Positions 43,492 through 57,011 of a DNA stretch of 64,000 nucleotides are shown piece after piece. Source of the stretch: Devosia sp. (GTDB taxonomy: Bacteria > Pseudomonadota > Alphaproteobacteria > Rhizobiales > Devosiaceae); NCBI RefSeq assembly GCF_036406155.1, contig NZ_DASWVV010000074.1:4005-68004 (forward strand), in the 5' to 3' direction. Each line of letters opens with the position of its first letter. Position 1 is the stretch's first letter. The notes under the pieces were generated by a model, which saw only the letters and a program-made list of their open reading frames with translations, searched no databases and was not told the origin of the DNA. The position numbers and the translations under genes were made by a program.

Positions 43492-44241
43492 ATGCGCTAC
43501 GAAATGATGCTGCCCTACCAGATCCGCGAGGCAATCGAGAAGAACTGGCCGGTGGTGTTGCCGCTCGGCGTCCTCGAATATCACGGCGAACATCTCGCGG
43601 TCGGCATGGACACGCTCGCCGTGGTCCGCCTGCTCGCCATCCTCGAGGACGAGATGGACCTTGTCGTGCTGCCGCCCTTCTATTACGGCGCCGCGAGCTA
43701 TGCCGTGGCCCCGCCAGAGGGCAACGGCTCGCTGCACGTCGATGCCGGTGCGCTCCAGCCCTTTGCCCAGGCGATGTTCACGGGCCTGCTGCGCATCGGC
43801 TTTCGCAACGTGCATGTCTTCATCCACCACCAGACCGAGAACTTCGCCGCCGGCATGCCGACCGACCTCGCCTTCCGCTTTGCGGCCCGCCAGGCGATCT
43901 TCGCCTTCCTCGAGAAGGAGCGCGGCGAGGGCTGGTGGGGCAACGAGGCCATGGCCGACTACTATGCGCAGCAGGCGGGAGGCAGCGACCCGTTCAACTG
44001 GATCAAGGCGCATCCGTTGATGACGGCGGACATCATCGGCAAGTTCCCCTTCGACCACGCGGCGCAGGGAGAAACCTCGCTGATGCTGGCCTTGTGTCCC
44101 GAGGGGGTCGAAATGGGCCGGCTGACCGACGAGCATTGGTACACGCGCAGCGCCCGCGACGCCTCGGCCGAACTCGGCGGCCGCGGGCGCGAGCTGATTT
44201 TGATGCATATGCGCGAGGTGCTGCGGCCGGCGTCCGGCTGA
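43492..44241 (+). CDS. Creatininase-family amidohydrolase
   Basis: LPLGVLEYHGEHLAVGMD, DHAAQGETS. Confidence 0.85.
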   Translation: MRYEMMLPYQIREAIEKNWPVVLPLGVLEYHGEHLAVGMDTLAVVRLLAILEDEMDLVVLPPFYYGAASYAVAPPEGNGSLHVDAGALQPFAQAMFTGLLRIGFRNVHVFIHHQTENFAAGMPTDLAFRFAARQAIFAFLEKERGEGWWGNEAMADYYAQQAGGSDPFNWIKAHPLMTADIIGKFPFDHAAQGETSLMLALCPEGVEMGRLTDEHWYTRSARDASAELGGRGRELILMHMREVLRPASG

Positions 44242-44316
44242 GGCGTCCTTGCGCGCGCCGCGCGCTTACGGCTATCTCTAGAGGAAAATGCCGCGAACCG
44301 GCAGGCGGGGAGACAC

Positions 44317-45378
<1,062 letters not shown>

Positions 45379-45397
45379 GCGCCGCTCCCGACGGGTT

Positions 45398-46147
45398 CTA
45401 TTCGATGCGGTAGCGCACCGTGCCGCGCAGCTCGTGGATCCAGTTGTTGCCGATCTCGTAGTAGCTGTCCGTGGCCGGGTCGGTCGGCGCGTTGTTGATC
45501 TGATGCAGGTACAGCGCGCGATAGCCGATGTCGGCGACCCAGTCGCCCATGTCGTAGCCGAGGCCGGCCATCAGCGCCGCCGCCCCGGTGACATTGCCCC
45601 CGGTCGGCACGGCAAGGGGTGCCGTCGTCGGCGAGTTGACCTCGGCATGGTTCCAGGCCGCGCCGACGCCGGCGCCGACATAGCCGAAGGCGCCGCCCGC
45701 GCCGCTATAGCCGAAGCCGTCCACGCCGCCGAAGCCGAAATCGTAGTAGAGGTTGGCCAGGGCGACGGTGGAGCGCAGCATCAGCGTGTACTCGCCGTCG
45801 TCGGGATCGCCGCCGTCCTTGGTGATGTGCAGTCCCGTGGTTTCCAGCGAGTCGATGGTGGCGTCGAAGCGCAGCCCGGTGCCGGTCTCATAGCCGAAGC
45901 CGGCGCCCCAGCTGTAGCCGTAGCCGAGCTGGTCGACGCCGATCGCTTCCGGCAGCGCGGGATGCACGACCTCCGGCGCCCAGTGGATGTTCAGCGCCGC
46001 GCTGCCGCGCAGGTAGAACGAGCCGCCCAGGCCGTAATCGACCTCGGGGGCGTCGAAATAGTCTTCGGGAATGTCGGCCGCCGCGCCGGGGCCGGCGATC
46101 AGTGCGGCGGTGGTGGCCAGCGCCACCCAGGCAAAGCGTTTACGCAT
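45398..46147 (-). CDS. Small outer-membrane beta-barrel protein (opacity/Omp25-like)
   Basis: Signal peptide, FYLRG, GAGFGY, ANLYYDF, YVGAGVG, DIGYR, C-terminal beta-signal-like HELRGTVRY. Confidence 0.82.
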   Translation of the reverse strand: MRKRFAWVALATTAALIAGPGAAADIPEDYFDAPEVDYGLGGSFYLRGSAALNIHWAPEVVHPALPEAIGVDQLGYGYSWGAGFGYETGTGLRFDATIDSLETTGLHITKDGGDPDDGEYTLMLRSTVALANLYYDFGFGGVDGFGYSGAGGAFGYVGAGVGAAWNHAEVNSPTTAPLAVPTGGNVTGAAALMAGLGYDMGDWVADIGYRALYLHQINNAPTDPATDSYYEIGNNWIHELRGTVRYRIE

Positions 46148-46209
46148 GTAAGGAAGTCCTTGGGTTCTCAGCGACAGCAGTCGAATGGCGGCATCCTGCG
46201 CCAATATTC

Positions 46210-46254
46210 TTAAACCGCGCTTAACCCTAAGACTTAACCTTAACAGGAGGTTAA
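46210..46254. promoter_or_regulatory. Two CtrA boxes upstream of the OMP gene
   Basis: TTAA-ACCGCGC-TTAAC (46210-46225) and TTAA-CAGGAGG-TTAA (46240-46254), both TTAA-N7-TTAA. Confidence 0.8.
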
Positions 46255-46292
46255 AGAACCTACAGACGGCGACGGCAATGTTCGCCGGCCGG

Positions 46293-47636
46293 CTATGCCA
46301 CTTGCCTGATGGTGTTGGTGATCTCCTTGACCACGGCCGCGACCAGTTGCTCGTCGTCGCATTCGGCCATGACCCGGATCACCGGCTCGGTGCCGGATTC
46401 GCGGATCACCAGCCTGCCCTCCTCGCCGAGCCGAGCCCGGCTCTCGGCGATCACCTGCACCACCGCCTTGTCGTCGAGCGGCTTGCCGTGCTTGAAGCGT
46501 ACGCTCTGCAGCAGTTGCGGCACCTTGGCGAAGCGGTTGCAGATCTCGGAGACGGGGCGCCGCTGCTGCTGCAGCACGGCGAGCAACTGCAGCGCCGCCA
46601 CCAGTCCGTCGCCGGTGGTGGTGAAATCGGACAGGATGATGTGCCCGCTCTGCTCGCCCCCGACATTGTAGCCCTTGGCACGCATGGCTTCGAGCACGTA
46701 GCGGTCGCCCACCTGGGTGCGTTCGAGCGTAAGCCCGAGCGATCCCAGGTAGCGTTCGAGCCCGAGATTGGACATGACCGTCGCCACCAGGCCGCCGCCC
46801 TGCAGCTGGCCGCGCTCGTGCCAGGACTGCGCGATCACCGCCATGAACTGGTCGCCGTCCACCAGTTCGCCGCGCTCGTCGACGATGAGCACGCGGTCGG
46901 CATCGCCGTCGAGCGCGATGCCGATGTCGGCCCGCAGCTCCTTCACCTTGGCGATCAGGGACTCGGGCGCCGTCGAGCCCACCTTGTCGTTGATGTTGAA
47001 GCCGTCCGGCTCGACGCCGATGGCGAAGACCTCAGCCCCCAGCTCCCACAAAGCAAGGGGCGCCACCTTGTAGGCGGCGCCGTTGGCGCAGTCGATCACC
47101 ACCCTGAGCCCGGACAGGTCGATGTTCTTGGGCAGGGTGCGCTTGGCATACTCGATGTAGCGCGTGCGCGCTTCCTCGTCGCGATAGGCCCGGCCGATCT
47201 CGCGCCCCTGCGACAGATGCTTGCCGAGATCGGAGTCCATGAGGTCCTCGATCTGCGCCTCCACCTCGTCCGACAGCTTGTAGCCGTCGGGCCGGAACAG
47301 CTTGATGCCGTTGTCCTCGAAGGGGTTGTGGGAGGCCGAGATCATCACCCCGAGATCGGCGCGCAGCGAATGGGTGAGCATGGCCACGGCCGGAGTGGGC
47401 ATCGGGCCGAGCAGGTAGACATCCATGCCGACGGCGGTGAATCCGGCTGTGAGCGCGCTCTCGATCATGTAGCCCGAGCGGCGGGTGTCCTTGCCGATCA
47501 CCACGCGGTTGCGATGGTCGCCGTTGACGAATTTGAGGCCGGCGGCCATGCCCACCCGCATGGCCAGTTCGGGGGTGAGCTTGTCGCCGTTGGCGAGCCC
47601 GCGGATGCCGTCGGTGCCGAAATACGTCCTGGCCAT
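46293..47636 (-). CDS. glmM: Phosphoglucosamine mutase
   Basis: [34 protein letters not shown]. Confidence 0.97.
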   Translation of the reverse strand: MARTYFGTDGIRGLANGDKLTPELAMRVGMAAGLKFVNGDHRNRVVIGKDTRRSGYMIESALTAGFTAVGMDVYLLGPMPTPAVAMLTHSLRADLGVMISASHNPFEDNGIKLFRPDGYKLSDEVEAQIEDLMDSDLGKHLSQGREIGRAYRDEEARTRYIEYAKRTLPKNIDLSGLRVVIDCANGAAYKVAPLALWELGAEVFAIGVEPDGFNINDKVGSTAPESLIAKVKELRADIGIALDGDADRVLIVDERGELVDGDQFMAVIAQSWHERGQLQGGGLVATVMSNLGLERYLGSLGLTLERTQVGDRYVLEAMRAKGYNVGGEQSGHIILSDFTTTGDGLVAALQLLAVLQQQRRPVSEICNRFAKVPQLLQSVRFKHGKPLDDKAVVQVIAESRARLGEEGRLVIRESGTEPVIRVMAECDDEQLVAAVVKEITNTIRQVA

Positions 47637-47751
47637 GTCGTCGAATCCCTCTGGTCCGCCCCGCCGGCGAAATATAGCCGCACCGCCCGGCGCCGCAAAA
47701 CCCCCGATGCGACTGCGTCGTTAACCAGCGATCGCGGCGGGATGTGGGCGC

Positions 47752-48237
47752 TTACCGCCCGGCCCGGCTCGCCGCCGACGCCGCCTGTCGCCGCGCCTGC
47801 GCTTCAGGCGGCCACAGCGCCTTGGGCTCGTAGTAACCGGTAAAGGCCGGCACCCCGGGCGGCAGCGCAACCCAAGGCAGCTTGCTGCGCGTATAGATAT
47901 GGACGTCGGGCTGCACCAGCGCCGGCCGGTCGAGCGTCCCGGCGCGCACGAAACGCAGATAGGGGCGCCTGCCGTAGTCGCTCCACAGCGCCGTGCGGCA
48001 GCGCGGGCAGCGGTAGATGTCATGCGGCCTGCCGCTGTCGGTGGGCACGCCGACGGGCTCGGGCTCGCCCGAAAGCACGCGGATGCGGTCGGTCTCGATC
48101 AGCGCATTGACGGCGAAGGCGCTGCCGGTCTGGCGCTGGCAGTCGAGGCAATGGCAGCAATGCACGAACATCGGCGGCGCCGTCAGTTCGTAGCGCATGT
48201 CGCCGCAGGCGCAGCCGCCGGTCAGTCCCAGTCCCAT
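47752..48237 (-). CDS. GFA/CENP-V family Zn-binding protein
   Basis: GGCACG, CHCLDCQR, CPRC. Confidence 0.88.
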   Translation of the reverse strand: MGLGLTGGCACGDMRYELTAPPMFVHCCHCLDCQRQTGSAFAVNALIETDRIRVLSGEPEPVGVPTDSGRPHDIYRCPRCRTALWSDYGRRPYLRFVRAGTLDRPALVQPDVHIYTRSKLPWVALPPGVPAFTGYYEPKALWPPEAQARRQAASAASRAGR

Positions 48238-48282
48238 GCGCTCCCCCCCGCTTGCCCGAACCGGGATAGCACCGCCCCGGCG

Positions 48283-48316
48283 AAAAGCAAGCGGGCCGCC
48301 CTGGGGCGGCCCGCTC
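48283..48316 (-). terminator. Rho-independent terminator after ftsH
   Basis: AGCGGGCCGCCC/GGGCGGCCCGCT stem followed by a T-rich tail on the minus strand. Confidence 0.7.
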
Positions 48317-48323
48317 GACTGTC

Positions 48324-50261
<1,938 letters not shown>

Positions 50262-50407
50262 CAATCCTGTCCTGGGAGGCCTGGGCATCGGGCGGCCCGG
50301 CACTTGCAGCGAAATGTAAGCCCCGCACTGAGGCCTTACAAGGGCAAGACCTGCGTCGGATTGGCTGAAAAGTCCACCGCGCTTGCGCGCTTCCGGTTAA
50401 TGCGCCG

Positions 50408-51436
50408 TCACGGCTGCAGCGGTTCCCGGCGGCGGCGACGCGCGGCGGCAGCGGCCCGACCTGGCTCGTTTTCGATGCTGATGGTGCCGCCCTCGCAGCG
50501 AACGAGGCATCCGTGCAGGCTCGACCGCCGGAACTCGGGTTCGCGGCGCAGCCGGTCGGCGAGCGCCTCCACCGCCGCCAGCGCGTGCGGCTTGCGGCGG
50601 CCGCCGACATGCGCGAGCAGCCGGCCCACGACCCGCACGGCCACGGCGCGCGGCAGGCCGACCAGCAGGTCGCGCTCGAACGAAACCTGCCGGGCGCCGG
50701 GAGGTACGGCGATGCCGGCAAGCGCCGCCGCGGCCGTTTGCTCCAACGCCTGGTCGGCGTCGCGCATGCGCGCCGCGAACAGTCCGATCCGCCCGGCATC
50801 AAGGCCGAGGGCCGCCAGCGGCGGCAGCATGCGGCGCCAGCGCACGCGCTCGTAGTCGAGGTCGCTGTTGGACGGGTCGGTGACCGGCGTGAGGCCCGCA
50901 GCGGCCACGACCGCATGCAGGGCGGCCGGGTCGACGCCGAGCAGCGGGCGCACGACGGTGATCCCGTCGACCTCGGAAAACAGCTCCATGCCGCGCAGCC
51001 CCTCGATGCCGCTGCCATGGGCGAGGCGCATCAACACCGTTTCGGCCTGGTCGTCGCGGTGATGGGCGGTGACCAGCGCGGCCGCACCGTCGGCGCGCAT
51101 CGCGGTCGCGAACAGGCGGTAGCGCGCGGCGCGGGCCGCCTGCTGGATGCCGGTTGCCGGCTTTGCGCCTTCCCAGGCGAGGCCCCGGGCCTCGAAGCCC
51201 AGGCGCCGTGCCTCACGCAGCACGAAGGCGACTTCCGCAGCCGCTTCCGGCCGGAGCCCATGATCGACGCTGTAGACGAGGAAGCGGTCCTGGCCGCCAT
51301 GCGCCTGCACGAACGCGTGCGCGAGGAGCAGCAGGGCGAGGCTGTCCGGTCCGCCCGAAACCGCGAGGGCCACCCGCTCGAACCCGAGCAAGGGCGCGAG
51401 CAGCGCGTCAGCGTCGAGCGGCGCGCCGGGGCTCAC
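50408..51436 (-). CDS. tilS: tRNA(Ile)-lysidine synthetase
   Basis: AVSGGPDS, VDHGLR, AHHRDDQAET, RPLL, DPSN. Confidence 0.93.
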   Translation of the reverse strand: MSPGAPLDADALLAPLLGFERVALAVSGGPDSLALLLLAHAFVQAHGGQDRFLVYSVDHGLRPEAAAEVAFVLREARRLGFEARGLAWEGAKPATGIQQAARAARYRLFATAMRADGAAALVTAHHRDDQAETVLMRLAHGSGIEGLRGMELFSEVDGITVVRPLLGVDPAALHAVVAAAGLTPVTDPSNSDLDYERVRWRRMLPPLAALGLDAGRIGLFAARMRDADQALEQTAAAALAGIAVPPGARQVSFERDLLVGLPRAVAVRVVGRLLAHVGGRRKPHALAAVEALADRLRREPEFRRSSLHGCLVRCEGGTISIENEPGRAAAAARRRRREPLQP

Positions 51437-52488
51437 ACCCGGCATTGCGCCTTGCTCTTTTCCTCCCTGAGCCGCTGCACGAATTCGGCGGTGAGGTTGG
51501 GATAGCGCTTCTCGAGCGTGAAGAAGGTCCGGCACGCGACCTCCTGCTCGCCGGCCCCGCTGAGCGCGATGCCGAGCTTCAGCATCAGGTCCGGCGCCCG
51601 CGGCGAGCCCTCGTATTTCTGGTAGCCTTCGGCCAGCACCAGCGCGGCATCGTCGTAGGCGCCCCGCTGCAGCAGCGCCTCGCCCAGCCAGTTGGTGGCA
51701 TCGGGCGCCTGCGGATCGTCGGGATAGAGCGCGACGAACTGGCTGAACTGGTCCTCGGCGAAGGCATAGTCGCCGCGCATGATGGCGTCGTAGCCGGCGG
51801 CGTACTGCGCCTCGGCATCGCCGTTCGAAACCTGGGCGCCGCCGTCGAGCGAGAGATCCAGCGGCCGGCTGCCGCCCAGGGCCGGGTCCGCGGGCAGCGT
51901 GCCCAGCGCATTGGCGCCGGCCGCGTTGGTGCCGACCAGCGGATCGGCGGAATTGCCCAAATCGTCCATGGGCTCCCCTGCCCCCGCCTCGGGCACTGCC
52001 GCTGGCGCAAGCGGGGCAGGCGCCAGCGGGGCGGGCGCGAGTTGAGCCGGGGCCGGGTCCTGCGGCAACACCTCTGGCTGCGTCACGCCGCCAGCTTGGG
52101 TCGCCGCCTCAGTTTTTCCCCCCGCACCGCCTTCCAGCGCCTGGAAGCGCGCCTCGTTGTCCTCGGTCATGCGCTCGAGCAGGGTCTGCATCTGCGTGAG
52201 CTGGAACTGCAGGCCCTCGACCTGCCCGGTCAACAGCCGGATCTGTTCCTGCAGTTGCTGGATCTGCAGCTGCAGCTCGGCGGACTCGCGACTCTGCGCC
52301 ACGCGCAGGCGCGGCACTTCCCCGATATCGGCCGGCGGCAGCGGGACGAGGCGGCCAAATGCGGGTACGGCGGTGTCGTGGCCGACGATCGCCGCTGCGG
52401 CGACGACCGGGGCGACGCTGCCGGCGCCAAGCAGCGCGGCCACCAGGGCCGCGCGCCGCAACCGCCTCGAAACTCTCAGGGATGGCAA
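51433..52488 (-). CDS. cpoB: Cell division coordinator CpoB (YbgF)
   Basis: Coiled coil QLQEQIRLLTGQVE plus C-terminal TPR (WLGEA, APDLMLKLG); downstream of pal; start approximate. Confidence 0.88.
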   Translation of the reverse strand: MPSLRVSRRLRRAALVAALLGAGSVAPVVAAAAIVGHDTAVPAFGRLVPLPPADIGEVPRLRVAQSRESAELQLQIQQLQEQIRLLTGQVEGLQFQLTQMQTLLERMTEDNEARFQALEGGAGGKTEAATQAGGVTQPEVLPQDPAPAQLAPAPLAPAPLAPAAVPEAGAGEPMDDLGNSADPLVGTNAAGANALGTLPADPALGGSRPLDLSLDGGAQVSNGDAEAQYAAGYDAIMRGDYAFAEDQFSQFVALYPDDPQAPDATNWLGEALLQRGAYDDAALVLAEGYQKYEGSPRAPDLMLKLGIALSGAGEQEVACRTFFTLEKRYPNLTAEFVQRLREEKSKAQCRV

Positions 52489-52563
52489 TTCGCTTCTCCG
52501 TCAAAAGGCTGAGCGCTGCCGGCCGGAAGGCCAGCAGTGCCCGCAATAGCCGACAATTTGGTC

Positions 52564-52600
52564 AAAAAAAAGCGCCGGGCCCATTGCTGGAGCCCGGCGC
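52564..52600 (-). terminator. Rho-independent terminator after pal
   Basis: GCGCCGGGC...GCCCGGCGC stem followed by T8 on the minus strand. Confidence 0.8.
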
Positions 52601-52625
52601 ATGCCTCCAGTATCTCTACCGAACC

Positions 52626-53111
52626 CTACTGCACGACCGTCACGGCGCGGCGGTTCTGCGACCAGCACGAGATGTCGTTGCAGATCGCCACCGGCCGTTC
52701 CTTGCCGAACGACTTCGAGGTGATGCGGCCAGGATTGACGCCCTTGCTGACGAGATAGTTGACCACGACCGAGGCGCGGCGGGCGCCGAGCGCGATGTTG
52801 TACTCGCGCGTGCCGCGCTCGTCGGCATGGCCCTCGATCAGGATGCGATAGTTGGAATAGCGGTTGAGCCACACTGCCTGCTTGTCCAGCGTCTGCTGGG
52901 CGATGGGCGTGAGTGAGGACGAGTCGGTCTCAAAGAAGACACGGTCGCCCACCGTCACCAGGAATTCCTGCTGGCTGCCGGGGGCGCCGCCGCCGGGACC
53001 GAGATTGCCCACGCCCGTGGTCGGCGTGCGCGAGCATGCCGCCACCGAGACGACGACCGCGACCAGCACGAAAGCGCGCAGGAGGCCAAGGAGGGGCGTT
53101 ACGGAGCGCAT
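52626..53111 (-). CDS. pal: Peptidoglycan-associated lipoprotein
   Basis: Lipobox VAAC, EGHADERGTREYNIALGARRA, SFGKERP, NRRAV. Confidence 0.97.
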   Translation of the reverse strand: MRSVTPLLGLLRAFVLVAVVVSVAACSRTPTTGVGNLGPGGGAPGSQQEFLVTVGDRVFFETDSSSLTPIAQQTLDKQAVWLNRYSNYRILIEGHADERGTREYNIALGARRASVVVNYLVSKGVNPGRITSKSFGKERPVAICNDISCWSQNRRAVTVVQ

Positions 53112-53291
53112 CCGGATGAATCTCCAAGAAGAGGAATTGAATACCGATCTTTACCGCCCGTTATCTTAAGGCGGCGTTTGCGGACAAGGTTAATTGTTTC
53201 CCAACATGTCCGGAATGTGGCCGATCCACGGGGGATTCGGCGGTGTTGCAGATGTGCCATAGGAGCCGACGCCGGTGCCCCGGGCGCGACC

Positions 53292-54602
53292 TCAGCTCCT
53301 GAGCGGCGACCAGGCCGGGTCCGATGCGAAGCTCTCGGTCGGGATCTGCTGCTCGTTGCGGCCCCAGATGTCGACCGAATACAGGCTCGGGCCGGAATCG
53401 CCGCCCGGATCGCGGAAGAACATGATGACGCGGCCGTTCGGGCTCCAGGTCGGGCCCTCGGCGTGGAAGCTCGACGCCAGCAGCCGTTCGCCCGATCCGT
53501 CCGGCTTCATGATGCCGATATGGAACTGGCCGCCCGACTGGCGGGTGAAGGCGATGAGATCGCCCTTGGGCGACCAGACCGGGGTCGAATAGAGGCCCTC
53601 GCCGTAGGAGATGCGCTGCGCGCCGCCGCCTCCCGCCCCCATGACGTAGAGCTGCGGGCTGCCGCCGCGGTCGCTTTCGAAGACGATGCGCGTGCCGTCG
53701 GGCGAATAGCAGGGGCTGGTGTCGATCGCCGCCCCCGAGGTCAGCTGCACCGGCGTGCTGGCGCCGATCGGCAGCGCGTAGATGTTGGTGGTGCCGCCCG
53801 CCTCGACGGAAAAGGCGACGGTCGAGCCGTCCGGAGAGAAGCGCGGCGAAAAGGTCATCTGCCCGAAGCTGCCCAGCCGCTGTTGCCGGCCGCTGCCCAG
53901 ATCGAGCAGGTAGACCTGCGGATTGCCGTCCTCGAAGTTGAGGTAGGTCAGCATCTGCTGGGTCGGCGAGAAGCGCGGGGTCAGCGCCAGCGTCTTGCCC
54001 GAGGTGATGTACTGCACGTTGGCGCCATCCTGGTCCATGATGGCGAGCCGCTTGGTGCGGTTGGCCTTCGGCCCGCTTTCGGCGACGTAGACGATGCGGG
54101 TATCGAAATAGCCCGTCTCGCCGGCCAGCGACTCGTAGATGGCGTCGGAGACGATGTGGGCGATGCGGCGGTAGTTCTGCGGGTCGGTGCCGTAGGACTT
54201 GCCGACTACCTGCGCCGCGGCCTGCGTGTCCCATACGCGCACCGAAGACTGCACCTGGCCGCCGCGTTCCACCTGGCCCATGACCAGCGCGTCGACGCTC
54301 GCCGCCCGCCAGGCCGCGAAATCCGGGGTGTTCTGCACGTCGCCGACGCGGGCCGGGAGGCGCGCCGGATCGAGCGGCACGAACAGGCCCGAGCGGCGCA
54401 GATTGTTGCGCACGATATCGGCGATCTCACGCCCGAAGGCGGGGTCGGACGAGGCGAAGTCCGGGATGGCGATCGGCAGCGGGGCGAAATTGGCGCCCGA
54501 CACGACGATCTGCACCAGTGCCAAGGCCGGCGTCGCGGCAGCGGCGAGGGCACCACCGGCAAGTCCGAGCTTGAGCGCCGTGCGGCGGGTAATCATGGTC
54601 AT
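53292..54602 (-). CDS. tolB: Tol-Pal beta-propeller protein TolB
   Basis: GYFDTRIVYV, LAIMDQDG, repeated PxF/WSPDG blades; start approximate. Confidence 0.95.
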   Translation of the reverse strand: MTMITRRTALKLGLAGGALAAAATPALALVQIVVSGANFAPLPIAIPDFASSDPAFGREIADIVRNNLRRSGLFVPLDPARLPARVGDVQNTPDFAAWRAASVDALVMGQVERGGQVQSSVRVWDTQAAAQVVGKSYGTDPQNYRRIAHIVSDAIYESLAGETGYFDTRIVYVAESGPKANRTKRLAIMDQDGANVQYITSGKTLALTPRFSPTQQMLTYLNFEDGNPQVYLLDLGSGRQQRLGSFGQMTFSPRFSPDGSTVAFSVEAGGTTNIYALPIGASTPVQLTSGAAIDTSPCYSPDGTRIVFESDRGGSPQLYVMGAGGGGAQRISYGEGLYSTPVWSPKGDLIAFTRQSGGQFHIGIMKPDGSGERLLASSFHAEGPTWSPNGRVIMFFRDPGGDSGPSLYSVDIWGRNEQQIPTESFASDPAWSPLRS

Positions 54603-54639
54603 GTGCGTCTCCATTCGGTGGGGCAAGGCCCGCTGCTCA

Positions 54640-55701
54640 TCACAGGTCGCCGGCGCGGAAGGTCACATCGACCTGGCGCCACGCCTCGTATTTTTCCGCT
54701 GCCAGCCGGTACGGGCCGCATTTGCGCACGGCATTGACCGCCGCCCGCGCAATGGAAATCCCGACCGCCGAGCTGTCCTGCTCCAGCACCCGCGGTGCGC
54801 CGGCGACGCTGCCGTCCGGATTGAGCTCGACGAGGAGGCGCACGCTCAGCCCCGAGTCGATCTCGGCGGGCAGCAGGTTCCAGCAGCTGCGCATCTGCGC
54901 CACCAGCGCATCGGTCTCCGATTGCGACAGGCGCGCCGCCTGGCCCGTCGGCTTGCCCAGGGTCGGCGTGCCGCCGGCGCCGGTGGTCGCACCGCGCGAC
55001 TCTTCGGCATTGATTATGTCAGAAATATCGTCGGCGCGCCGGGCCGCCTCGTCCTGCTGGCGCTTGGCTTCCTCGGCGCGCTTGGCCTCCTGCTGGCGCT
55101 TGCGCGCCTCCTCTTCCTTGCGCTTCTTTTCGGCCTCCTGCTGCTGCTTGAAGGCGGCGCGCTTCTGGTCGAGGGAGGCCGTGCGCATGACCGGGCGCGG
55201 CGCCACCTCGGCCGGCTCGGGACTGACCTGCGGGGTCGCCAGCGCCGGCGCTTCTTCGACCGGCTCGGGCTCCGGTTCGGGAACCGGTTCCGGTTCCGGC
55301 CGCGGCATCGGTTCCACCGGCGCGGGCACCGGCTCGGGTTCGGGTGCCGGCTCTTCCACCGGCTCGGGCGCGGGCACGGGCTCCGGCGCCGTCTGCTGCG
55401 TCGGGGCCGGCGTCGGGGTGGGCGTATCCTCGGGTGTCGGCTGGTCCTGTTCGGTATTGCCGGTGGGCTGCGCCAGTTCTGCCGGCTTCACGTCCTCGAC
55501 CACCGAGGGCGTTTCGGTCTCTACGATCTCGCTCTCGAGACTGCCGGCGCGGATGTTGGAGAATTCCTCGATCGGGACGAGATCGACGGCGATGGACTCG
55601 ACGGGCGTCGGCTCGAGCGGGCGCGAGAAACCGACGCCGATCACGATGAGGGCGATCAGGGCCGCGTGCGCAATGGTGGAGACGGCGAGGCCCGCGCGCA
55701 T
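54640..55701 (-). CDS. tolA: TolA
   Basis: N-terminal TM with SxxxH, Pro/Glu linker, charged helix, C-terminal CW...C domain; position in tolQRAB. Confidence 0.88.
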   Translation of the reverse strand: MRAGLAVSTIAHAALIALIVIGVGFSRPLEPTPVESIAVDLVPIEEFSNIRAGSLESEIVETETPSVVEDVKPAELAQPTGNTEQDQPTPEDTPTPTPAPTQQTAPEPVPAPEPVEEPAPEPEPVPAPVEPMPRPEPEPVPEPEPEPVEEAPALATPQVSPEPAEVAPRPVMRTASLDQKRAAFKQQQEAEKKRKEEEARKRQQEAKRAEEAKRQQDEAARRADDISDIINAEESRGATTGAGGTPTLGKPTGQAARLSQSETDALVAQMRSCWNLLPAEIDSGLSVRLLVELNPDGSVAGAPRVLEQDSSAVGISIARAAVNAVRKCGPYRLAAEKYEAWRQVDVTFRAGDL

Positions 55702-55704
55702 CCG

Positions 55705-56157
55705 CTACGGCTCCGCGGCTTGATCCGTGATCAGGCCGATCCTGGAGTAGCCGGCCCCCGACAACGCGCCCATGACCCGCATCACCGCGCCGTAGTTGGC
55801 GGTGGTGTCGCCGCGCACGTAGATGCGGTCCTCGGTGCCGTTGGCGGCCAGCGCCGTCACCTCCGCCACAAGGTTCTCGAGCGCCACCGGCTGGTCGCCG
55901 ATGAACACCTGCCCGTCCGGGGTCACCGAGACGGTGATCGGCTTGCGTTCGGTATTGAGCTGCCGGGCCTGCGTCTCGGGCAGGTCGATGGGCACGCCGA
56001 CCGTCATCAGCGGCGCCGCGACCATGAAGATGATGAGCAGCACCAGCATTACGTCGACCATCGGGGTGACGTTGATTTCGCTCATCGGCCGGTTGCCGCC
56101 GCGCCGCCGTCCCCGCCGGCGGCCGCCGCCCCCGCCGTTTGCCATGGCCATCCCCAT
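55705..56157 (-). CDS. tolR: TolR
   Basis: SEINVTPMVDVMLVLLIIFMVAAP, VRGD. Confidence 0.95.
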   Translation of the reverse strand: MGMAMANGGGGGRRRGRRRGGNRPMSEINVTPMVDVMLVLLIIFMVAAPLMTVGVPIDLPETQARQLNTERKPITVSVTPDGQVFIGDQPVALENLVAEVTALAANGTEDRIYVRGDTTANYGAVMRVMGALSGAGYSRIGLITDQAAEP

Positions 56158-56870
56158 CAGTGCGCGCCCCGGGCTTCGAGCTGGCGGCTGAGGATGGTCG
56201 AGAACTCATCGGCGAAGCCCTCGAGGCGGCTCACCATCTTGTTGGCGTCGGCCGAGAGCTTGTTGTAGGCGATCACCGCCGGAATGGCGGCGAGCAGGCC
56301 CAGCGCCGTGGCAAACAGCGCCTCGGCGATGGGGCCGGCGACCACCGCGAGGTTGGTACTCGAGGAGGCGGCGATGGCGGTGAAGGCATTCATGATGCCC
56401 CATACCGTGCCAAAGAGGCCGATAAAGGGCGAGGCCGACCCGACCGTGGCGAGGAAGCCGAGGTTCTTTTCGAGCGTCTCGCTTTCCCGGGCGATGGCGA
56501 CGTCGAGCACCTTTTCGAGCCGGGCCTGCATGCCGATGAACGAGGCCGCATTCTGCTCGTGGCTGCGCTTCCACTCCTTCATGGCGGCGACGAAGACGGC
56601 GCCCAGCCCGACGCTCGGACGCTCCGACATCTGCTGGTACAGTTCCTCCAGCGACTGGCCCGACCAGAACACGCGCTCGAAGCGGTTCATCTCGCGCCGC
56701 GTCCTGCCGAAAAGTGTCGACTTGTCGACGATGATGGCCCAGCACCAGATCGAGGCCAGCAGGAGCCCGATCATGACGGTCTTGACGATGAGGTCGGCCT
56801 GCCAGAACAGCGCCCAGATCGAAAAGTCGCTGTGCGCAGCAGCAGCGCCGACGGCATCCATAGCTTCCAT
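56157..56870 (-). CDS. tolQ: TolQ
   Basis: FERVFWSG, SPFIGLFGTVWGIM, IAEALFATALGL. Confidence 0.95.
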   Translation of the reverse strand: MEAMDAVGAAAAHSDFSIWALFWQADLIVKTVMIGLLLASIWCWAIIVDKSTLFGRTRREMNRFERVFWSGQSLEELYQQMSERPSVGLGAVFVAAMKEWKRSHEQNAASFIGMQARLEKVLDVAIARESETLEKNLGFLATVGSASPFIGLFGTVWGIMNAFTAIAASSSTNLAVVAGPIAEALFATALGLLAAIPAVIAYNKLSADANKMVSRLEGFADEFSTILSRQLEARGAH

Positions 56871-57011
56871 GAAATCTGGTCCTTTCGGTCCGGCCCCCGC
56901 TCGGCCGGCCCTGATGCTCGGCTCGATGGGGTCCAAATTTGTCAAATTTAAGAGGGAAAGCCCCGGACGGCGGGGCTCTCCGCGCCGGTGCGAAGCGTTG
57001 CCCAAATTATC

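Noticed and set aside
51995-52060. 15-bp imperfect repeats in cpoB
   Set aside because: Encode the APAPL low-complexity linker.
55255-55440. Short tandem repeats (ccggctcggg/ccggttc) resembling an array
   Set aside because: They encode the Pro-Glu/Pro-Thr linker of TolA; no spacers or cas genes.
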